A stretch of DNA of 64,000 nt from Octopus vulgaris (taxonomy: Eukaryota), in the NCBI GenBank assembly GCA_951406725.2, contig OX597831.1, positions 50,530,001 through 50,594,000 of the forward strand, written 5' to 3'. Position numbers and translations under genes: made by a program. Below the pieces are notes generated by a model. The model saw nothing but the letters and a program-made list of their open reading frames with translations, searched no databases and was not told the DNA's origin. Every line of letters starts with the position of its first letter. Position 1 is the first letter of the stretch. Below are positions 53,961-64,000 of the stretch, one piece after another.

Positions 53961-54771
53961 GTATGTATACATATCCACTACAACGAAACAAGCTGCTCTT
54001 ATAGGGATGTAAAACATCCAATTTTATCTTGTTCCTTATTTCAATATATTTTACATCAGAAAATGTAGCTAGTGATGTAAGAGTGTTATTTTTTAGTTTT
54101 TGTTATGCTTTCCTTGTATTTCTTTAGCAGTTTTTATTACAACGTTCGCTCTATAATCTAAGTATGTACTTGAGTTTATATAAACGCACACCTATATTTT
54201 TGCGCGCGCGCGTGTGTGTGTATGTGTGTGTGTGTGTGTGCATGTCTGTATATGTGTGAGTGTGCACATGCGTGTGTCTGTGTATGCGCGTGTGTGAGTG
54301 TGTTTGTATATATGTATGTAAGTATGCAGTTACGTCTGCGTGTCGAGTGTATATATGTATGTATGTGTGTTTGTGGTGTGCTTGTGTGAAGGGCGTGCAT
54401 GTGCAGACACAAATGCATATAAAGTAAAAATATTAGTAGGTATCGACACATACACACATAGACTCAAGATACACAATCGCACAGACTCAAACAGGGAATC
54501 ACACACGCAGGAACAGCGACTAAACATGAAAGAACTAATAATTAATGTTCAAATCAGGAACAGTAAAAAAATCACATCAACAAGCTAAACCTGAAAATGC
54601 ATACAATGAGCCTTTTACTGAATGGCCTACTACAGAATCATGGAGGAAATAAAAAGAGAATATAATGTCGAAAGCATATTTATCGAGAGAAATGTAGATG
54701 TTCAGATATACTACTTAAGATAGGTGGAATGAGAGATTGAGCGATATGCATGTATGTTTGCATGTATGCTC

Positions 54772-54837
<66 letters not shown>

Positions 54838-54914
54838 TGAGAGAGAGAGAGACGGAGGGGGGAGATAGAGAGACAGGCAGACAGACAGGGACAGAGAGAG
54901 CGGGAGATAAATAA

Positions 54915-54974
<60 letters not shown>

Positions 54975-55911
54975 ACAGACAGACGCACAGTTACATAGAC
55001 ACACAGATATGCACATACATATTTACATACATATTCACATACGTATATATATATATATATATACTCATATATGTTCATATACGAATATACGCTCATGCTT
55101 TCATATACATACATATATGCATACGCAAATGAATTACTGTAAACGAGTATATTTCTGAAACCATTTTGTTATAGATAAGGCCTATTTTCCGTTAAATTAC
55201 AGTAAAGAACTATTAAACTTTCGTTTGTGTTTATGTTGGCAGCAAGGTAAGGCAATATAGAGATAGGTATTAGAGGATCTATTGGAAACAGTTTTCTTTC
55301 CATGGACCGTAGTCTTAGTTTGACTGTGATGGAGCGAAAAATTCTTGCTAGAAAATTGTCTGAATCCGATGAGAAAGCAAGCCACGACATCTGACTCAAC
55401 GGAGAGGATGGGTTGAGCAAAAAGCATGAGGACTGAGGATGGTAGAAATATTTCTCCCAGAATCACAACATCTTCCACAATAAAGCTCGTGCTGTTTTTT
55501 CCGGCAGTTAGGTCGTCTTACATGGGCAACTTGCCTTGGGCAGTTTTCGCATCGCGGTGGAAGGGGTCAAAATACCTACAGTACTGCTTCGCCGCCTGAT
55601 GAGACATAGACATTCGTGCCCGGAGACAGAATACAACAGCACCATCTTCATACAAGCACTTGCCCTAAATATTCATGATATGAATTTACATAGTAAACAC
55701 ACATACACACGCACACACATACACACGCACACAAATACGCACGCATACACACACATGCACATGCCCACACATACACAAAATTTGAAGCAATTCAAGTTTT
55801 GTACAAGTCCATACCAGTAGAATTCAAGCTGTAGTTACTGCCAAAAGTGGTCCTGATCCACATTAAAATAAATTTGTTTGAAATTTTAAGGTGTTTCCAT
55901 TATTTTGACCA

Positions 55912-55993
<82 letters not shown>

Positions 55994-56086
55994 GTGTGTG
56001 TGTGTGTCGGTTGATACGGATACCAGTTGTTTCACACCGAGAATCCGAGCTATTATCATGCCTCTCAGATTGGACTATATTGTGTG

Positions 56087-56185
<99 letters not shown>

Positions 56186-56941
56186 ATATTTGTTCCTCGC
56201 GTTGTCGTGTTTTTTTGTGCTTTCTTGTTTGGATTAACTTTATATACATATAGATATATATCCATAAATATACACGCACGCATACATGCATTCATAGACA
56301 ATAACATACATATACATACTTTTAATTACACATGGACTTATAGCTATATATATATATGCATATATTATAATTCCTTCACTTCACTTTCTCAGTAAGTGAC
56401 GTAACACAAGCCTTATCACGATTTCTAAAGGAAAAAATGCTTATATAATTTTCGTTTGAAGTCACATGCGGTCGAGCCTATGTAACTGAAAGTATTCCTA
56501 TTAGTTGTTACGTCACATTTCTGTACAATGATATTAGTTAAGGAAGCGTTGTCGAGAGAACGAAAAGATTTACTTATTAAGTTACATCATTTGGGGGACG
56601 ACTGGCCACCAGTATTGTTATTGCCACTTAATTACGATTGACAGTCCTCATTATAGCCAGAACTAGTAGAGTTATTTAAATCATTCAGCGTTTCATAGGG
56701 GCATTATGACTAATATCAATATTAACAATTCGATAGATAAAGCCGCTGGAATTAGGATAGCTGATTCCGTGATGATGCATTTGTGCAATTGACCGGTTAC
56801 CAGTCACGCCAAAAAGTATGTAACTTCAAAATGAGATTATATAACCGTTATTTTTCCTTTCTAAATCGTGATAAATCATGTGTGCACATGAAGAGAAAGT
56901 GAGGGAATTAAAAGCTTACAAAACTTATTTCAATATTACCT

Positions 56942-57346
56942 GGGGCGTAGGAGTGGCTGTGTGATAACAAGGCGGCGAGCTAGCAGAATCATTAGCACGT
57001 CGGGCGAAATGCTTAGCGGTATTTCGGCTGCCGTTACGTTGTGAGTTCAAATTCCGCCGAGGTCGACTTTGCCTTTCATCCTTTCGGGGTCGATAAATTA
57101 AGTACCAGTTAAGCACTGGGGTCGATATAATCGACTTAATACCTATGTCTGTCCATGTTTGTCCCTTCTATGTTTAGCCCCTTGTGGGTAATACCGAAAT
57201 AGGTAACTAGCTTGCTTACGAACGACATGGTCCCGGGCTCAGTCCCATTGCGTGGTACCTTGGGCAAGTGTCTTCTACCATAGCCTCGGGCCGACCAAAG
57301 CCTTGTCAGTGGATTTCAGCAGACAGAAACTGAATGAAGCCGTCGT
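56942..57346 (+). mobile_element. SINE family A head interrupted by a SINE family C insertion (about 56969-57202)
   Basis: A head ggcgtaggagtggctgtgtgataac, then C element, then ggtaactagcttgcttacgaac resumes family A. Confidence 0.85.
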
Positions 57347-57530
57347 AGAGGAAACGCAAAGGCCGATACAGTTTGGCACCAGTGACGTCACAATTCATTT
57401 CTACAGATAAGTGAACTAGAGCAACGTGAAATAAATTGTCTGCTCAAGAACACAATTCCCAGCCCGGTCCGGAATCGAACTCACTACCTTATGGCTGTGA
57501 GCCCGACATTCTAACGAGTGAGCCATGCTG
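57347..57530 (-). mobile_element. SINE family D partial copy
   Basis: gatacagtttggcaccagtgacgtc...gagcaacgtgaaataaa...ggaatcgaac. Confidence 0.8.
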
Positions 57531-57558
57531 CTGCACACTCTCACACACACACACACAT

Positions 57559-57643
<85 letters not shown>

Positions 57644-57829
57644 AAGATAGATAGATAGATAAGTTTCTTTATTGGCCACACAGGGCTGCACACAGATGGG
57701 ACAAGTTACAAGGTAGAGCTTTTCTTTGGGGGATGAAAAAAACAAAAAACAAAAGAAAAGAAACAAAAAAAAAGAAAGGGGTGGCGTAGGTTTTCGATCA
57801 AGAGGGATCGTAAAAGGGAAGAAAAGAAC

Positions 57830-58093
57830 AAGGCCAGTTTCCAGTTTTCATTGGCGTATAGGTTCCCCACCTGGTCGGGACGTCATTCCGCTGCAGGTGA
57901 GCTGCTAGATCCAGGAGAAAAGAGTGAGAAGTTGTGGCGAAAAACAGCAGAAGTTCGCCATTACCTTACTGCCGGAGCGGCGTGGAGTTTAGGTCTTTCG
58001 CCCATAAGTACACACATCGAACGGTATGAGATTCGAACCCACGATCCCTCGATCCCGAGACCGCTGCTATAGCCTCTGGGCCATGTGCCTCCA
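57830..58093 (-). mobile_element. Diverged family B-related SINE
   Basis: Reverse complement TGGAGGCACATGGCCCAGAGG...GGGTTCGAATC...cctaaactccacg..ccggcag. Confidence 0.7.
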
Positions 58094-58662
58094 TGTGTGT
58101 GTGTGTGTGTGCGTTTGTCTGTGTGTGTGCGTGTGTGTGTGTGCGTTTGCGCGCGTGTGTGTGCACATGTATTTATGCAAACATGTATGCACAAAACCCT
58201 CATATATGTGTATATCTACGTGTAGCGTTACCTCATAGAAAGCATCATATTTTTAACGCGTAGGCGATATTCTATGAATGCGAATGCGTCTCTGTTGTTG
58301 TTCATTATTTCTTCACTTATAGTACGTTTTCGTTTCTTTCCTTAATTACATTGTTCCCGTTCTTCTCATGACTCGTCTTTATTTATTGTTAGTTCTCAAT
58401 ATGCCATCTTGTTATTTTACATGTCAACTTTTTTCTGATCATCTTTGTATATCATATCCGCTCATTATATTCCAGTTACTCGATATATCCCAGTTGCTGA
58501 GACCGGGAAATTAAACAATATTTTTGAAATATGACAAAATTGTAATGACAAATGGTAGGCAGCTGGTGAGGAATGGAGGTTATTCGCGAGCACATTCTGT
58601 GTATTTTCATGTTCTTTCCTATAGTGCTCCTTTGTCGTCCCTTCTGTCAGCTACAGTTATAT

Positions 58663-58952
58663 ATCACATGATCACATGACCAGCCAGGCAAACCAGATGT
58701 TGCTACACATCGCTGGTTTAGCCTTCAAATGATGCCATCCCGCTGCCTAAGCGAGCAGGCCAACAGAAGAAAGAGTGAGAGAATGTTGCGGCGAAAGAGT
58801 ACAGCAGGGATCATCACTACCCCTGCCGGAGCGTCGTGGAGCTTTGGGTGTTTTCGCTCAATAAACACTCACAACGCCCAGTCTGGGAATGGAAACCACG
58901 ATCCTACGACCGCGAGCCCGCTGCCCTAACCACTGGTCCATTGCGCCTCCAC
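58663..58952 (-). mobile_element. SINE family B, tail type 2
   Basis: Head as 20911; tail as 1928-2216. Confidence 0.85.
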
Positions 58953-58957
58953 GTACG

Positions 58958-58990
<33 letters not shown>

Positions 58991-59262
58991 TTTGGATTTG
59001 GCTGGCGAGATTCTTTATGTGAGTTCGTGTGTTGAAGCATATTCTGTTGTGTCTAGGGAGAGTCATTTTCTTTTTGTGCCTTATAATTTAACACACTCAC
59101 CGTTGCGTCATGCAACCTTTTCAATAGTCTTGACTGCTGAAAAGGTTGCGACACGCAACGAAACTTTTAAGAAAATATAAATAAGAAATAAGTGGAAATT
59201 TTACTGGTGTGTGTGTTAAATTATAAGGCATAAAAAGAAAATGACTCCTCCGAGACACAACA

Positions 59263-59314
<52 letters not shown>

Positions 59315-59356
59315 TACACATACATACATACATACATACATACATACATACATACA

Positions 59357-59389
<33 letters not shown>

Positions 59390-59718
59390 TTACGAATATA
59401 TGCATGTAACACATCTTATGATCTTTTGGACAATAACTAACGAGGAATTAACATCGTCGTATGTGTGAATTTTCCATTTCAGTTTCTATTTAAAGTTTTG
59501 GGACATATTATTTAATATAACGCTACGCACTTAGTTTTTACCCATTCTGTTGAATATGTGTATATGTGTGCGAGAGTTGCTATATAGATATTTAAAGAGC
59601 GAGAGGGGCACATACACATATGTGTATATATACACATATGAGAGAGAGTCCACTAAAGTGGACGCCCTTACACAATTAATTTGCAGATCATCAGTGGAAA
59701 ATTATATTTTTGACGGAC

Positions 59719-59792
59719 TCCACTGATGATCTGCAAATTAATTGTGTAAGTAAAATTGCATAATTTATTAACAGTGAAACAATTGTATGCGG
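59719..59792 (+). ncRNA. Hammerhead-like motif (weak stem I)
   Basis: CTGATGA-T-CTG...CAG-T-GAAA-CAATTG-TA; palindromic stem III. Confidence 0.6.
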
Positions 59793-60729
59793 TTAATCTA
59801 TATTTTGGTTATTTTTCATTTGTCCTGCTCGCTTACGTTCATAGTATGCTAAGTTTTTCTTGAGAACAATTTTTAGTGGTTGAGACTCATGCGGATCTCT
59901 CTTTAGCGTAAGGGCGTCCACTTTAGTGGATTCTCTCTCATATGTGTATTAATAATATTTACTGAATCTCAGTTTTTTATGCGCTAAACCACTGGTGTTA
60001 AATTGATGTTATTAAATTAATATACAATGTTTTCACCCTCATTATGTGTTTATATACAGGTGTGTGTGTGGTTTTGTATGTGCTTGGTCCATGTTTGGTT
60101 TCGTATATGTTCTTTATATCATCGTATTTAGTTGTATTTGTGTGGGGGATATGTGATGGCATAACAACACACGCTCGCTCTTGAGGGATGAAATCCTACA
60201 GAGTATAGTCCACGAATCGAGCTACAACTGACTTATAACATATTATCTCTCGAATTCAACAAACTTGATAAGAACAATAAAATAATATAAAATTTACAAC
60301 AAAGAACATTGATATCCATATAAACCAAAACTACATATTAAATAATAATAACCATTTAGCTGAAGACAAATAGCAGAAAATGTGAAATTATAAATATATT
60401 TATCTTCCTAATCATAAACCTCACCCAGAGATAAAACCGCGTTATCGCAAAATCCAGGAATATTTTCTATTCACTAATGGGTTTTGCATATTTATACATT
60501 AATAATTTATCCACATGAATATTTAATAGAATTTTTCACAGGTATTTTTCAAAGAGTGCTTCCTCTGATAAATCATCCAATTTAGTTATATTGTGTTCTA
60601 TAACAGTATTTAAAAATTTATAGGGTATTTTTTCGGATTTTTTGTTATGTATTTATGTGTAACATGCTGTTTTTGACGTTATACGAAGACTTCCAATTAA
60701 TATTTGTACAGTAAGGCTTCAAATACTGA

Positions 60730-63480
60730 ATACTCAATCAGCATGTGTACATACAGATGGATCTGTATGTCATGAACACAATGTTGCAACTAAAAAATAA
60801 GTATAAAATGACGTAGATGCCCCCTAGATCTAAGAAATGGCACCTTATTGATTATATCTTCACTAGAAAACGTAATACCAGGGACTTTGCTATTTGTGCG
60901 AGTTATGCATGATGCAGAGTGCTGGACTGAGTATAAGCTTTTGCGTGCAAATGTGAATTTTGTTGTCAAGCCTAAGTTTAGAGCAAACAATAAGTTACCT
61001 AAACGGATCGATGTCAACAGACTTAATACACCATCAGTACACAATGGGTTTGTGAGTGAGATAAATAATTTGTCCTGTGATGGAAGTGGGAATTCGTTCA
61101 AAGAGACAGTCGATGGGGTTTGTAGTAACATTCTCGGTTTTGTCGAGACAAAGCACTTGGATTGGTTTGACGATAATGATGAAGAAATTGGTCTTATGTT
61201 ATAGAGGAGATGCGAAAAGCATTGAACCTGTTGCAAGATACTGAATTTTCAGTGAACAGAACAGTGACTACACGCTTCAAGCCAGTGAAAGCAACAGTGT
61301 AGGGGGAGCTGAGGATGATGCAGGAAAATTGGTGTAGTGATAGATGCGATGAAATCCAAGAAGCTTCAAATATTAACAGTTCCAAGGATTTTTACTCTCT
61401 TGAAAAAAGTTATGGTCCAACTTCATCAACGTCTGCTCCACTTCGTAGCAAGGATGGCACAGAATTATTCAAAAATCCTAAAGATATTATTGGGAGATAG
61501 AAAGAGCATTTTGATGAGTTGCTCAATAGACCCACTGGAGTCGATCTATTTGTCCTTGATAATATACATGAAAGACCAACAAACCATCTTTTAGCAGAGG
61601 TTCCAAACCTGGCGGAAATAAATGCAGTGATCAGAAAATTGAGCAATGGAAAAGCTGCTAGTATGGATGGATTAGGTGCAGAAATATACAAACATGGTGG
61701 TGAACATCTCCGTACAATGTTGACAGCTGTGACTGAGAGGGATTGGCATAGTGAAGTGGTTCCTTGGGGTTGGTGTGATGTGATTATGGAGATACTCTAT
61801 AAATCAAAAGATAGAAAGGATGTCTGTGACAATTTCCGTGGCCTTTGTCTGTTAGCTCTCGTTGGAAAGGTCCTTTATAGGGTAATGCTGGATAGATTGC
61901 TTCTGCACATTGCTGATGAGAATCTACCAGAAACACAATGTGGGTTTAGGGGTAGTATGAGGAATATGGATATATTTTCAGCTAGACAGTTAGAAGAGAA
62001 GTGCATAGAACAGGATATGGGCCTATATCAGGTTTTTATTGATCCGACTAAAGTGTTTGATTCTGTAAATAGAGTTGTACTTTGGGAGATCCTGAAAAGG
62101 GTCGGATGCCCTGAAAAATTTGTGAGAATGCTTAGATAATTTCATGACAAGATGTAAGTGAGAGCTAATGTTGGAGGTACCTTGTTAGATTCAATTTCTG
62201 TAGAAAATGGTTTAAAACAAGGTGATATTCCTACTTCTACATTGCTTGCTCTGTATTTTGCAAGGGGTCTATGAAGGTAATAAGACAGTCAGGAAACTTT
62301 TCAACCTCAAAAGACTTTGTGCTAAAACGCAAGTTCTTCATTCTCACATCATTGAGGTCTTGTATGCAGATGATTGTGACCTGCTAGCACATTCCCATGA
62401 TGCAACACATGATGAATGCGATTTCTGCAGCATGTATAGCAAGGGGCCTAACAATTAACTTGAAAAAAACTGCTCTAATGTACCAGCCTGCCCCTTCTAA
62501 GATTTATGCCTAACCTTCTGTAAATGTGAATGTTCAAAGCTTGGAAGTTGTAGCTAAATTCATTTATTTAGGAAGTACTTAGAGTACTACTGATCTTGAT
62601 GAAATTTCATATAGAATCAGCAAGGCTACTAAAACCTTTGGTGGGCTTAACAGTGCTTCTGGTCACGCCATAGTATATCTTTCCAAATTAAAGTTAGGGT
62701 TTATAACATAAGCGTGCTGCCATTTTTGCAACATGGAAGTGAGACCTAGGTTGTTTATCGTAGGCATTTAAAGCATTTAGAACGATAACATCAATATTGC
62801 CTTAGGAAAATTCTTGGAATAAATTGGAAAATGGCTATCAGTGATGTAGAGATACTTGAGAAAAGTGATAGTAGAAGTGTATAATAAATGATTCTGCCAA
62901 GTCTTTTGAGATGGGGGGGGGACATCTGGAAAGAATTAATGATGAAAGACTCTCCAAGCGGAGAGATGATAGCGGGAAGATGGTAGGAGACCAGAACATA
63001 AACCCAAAATGAGATTCAAGGAGTGCCTCAGAATTGCTCTGACACAGACAGGAATTTCAATTGTTTGATTGGGAGACAGAGGCACAAGACCGAGATGGAT
63101 GGAGGAAGAGAATGCACAGTGGTTGTTCTAGGTCTGAAGGAGAGAGAATGAAGCACGAGAATAGTAGAAGGCTTAGAAGTAATTAATCTATGGCGAATAA
63201 GGTAGTGTTGCTTTCTGTATGTGTGTGGGTTGTGGGAGGAGGAAATTGAATCGTACAGGCCTGGTCAGTCATCAGAGTTGTGATATGGCTATTGTTGACA
63301 TCAGAACATAACATGTGCAACATGTAGAAAGGTGGGCCTCTCAGTTAGAGAATTAAAAAGGCATGTCAAAAGAGCTCATACAGTGACACCTGTTTCTTCT
63401 GCTAGTCAGCACAGCCGTGAAGTATGTAACAGAATGTACAAAACTTACGTCAGGCTCAATTTTAAAATACAAGGGCTCCA
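60730..63480 (+). mobile_element. RTE-clade LINE ORF (EN end, RT, C-terminal C2H2-like fingers), degenerate
   Basis: PRSKKWHLIDYI, GKAASMDGLGAEIYK, DNFRGLCLL, LPETQCGFRG, FIDPTKVFDSVNR, LKQGD, LYADDC, CATCRKVGLSVRELKRH. Confidence 0.92.
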
Positions 63481-63550
63481 CATTGCATCAATATTTACTC
63501 ATTTCAATGATTCTTTCTAGTAGTGGCTTTGCCTGTATACAACAAAGCAG

Positions 63551-63653
<103 letters not shown>

Positions 63654-64000
63654 ATATATATACATATATATATATATATACATACATACATACACACACA
63701 TATCTTTTATGTATGACTATATTAGAGAAGACAAATAAGACAAATACACTGTAAAAGAATACGACTACATAGCATATTATACTCAATAAAAAGGCACTGT
63801 ATCGCAAAGAGGTTTATGCACACACACGCACGCACACACACATACACACACACACATATATATATATATATACATATATATATATGTACATGTACATAAA
63901 GATACATACATAAACATACATACATAAACATACATACATAAACATACATACACACACATATGTACGCCTATGTGTATATGCATGTTTTGTGGGAGCTGGT

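Noticed and set aside
55596-55640. CTGATGAG as a hammerhead core
   Set aside because: No stem II-GAAA-stem III follows
56014-56070. Minus-strand CTGAGA...GAAACAACTGGTA
   Set aside because: Core is one base short and there is no stem I

Overview
AT-rich, repeat-saturated eukaryotic DNA. No host protein-coding exon, rRNA, true tRNA gene or CRISPR array can be supported. The extreme (TA)n/(CA)n/(TACA)n/(GATA)n density and the set of tRNA-derived SINEs are what I would expect from a coleoid cephalopod (Octopus-like) genome; this is inference. Most ORFs in the track are microsatellite artefacts. The recognisable content is decayed mobile DNA: CR1-group, RTE, Tx1/L1 and R4/Dong-like LINE fragments; Penelope-like elements (PLEs); Tc1/mariner fragments and MITEs; and at least four tRNA-SINE families, here called A-D. 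Most interesting: (1) two related non-coding units of about 420-480 bp (32744-33375 minus, 52965-53439 plus), each with a type I hammerhead ribozyme and terminal direct repeats, which look like circular permutations of one another, suggesting a retrozyme/circular-RNA-type element; (2) several more hammerhead motifs with palindromic stem III between microsatellites; (3) a TSD-bounded PLE whose 3' end contains a tRNA-like Pol III module that also occurs solo, suggesting a PLE-linked SINE; (4) recurrent local fold-back and templated duplications. All alignments and folds were done by eye.
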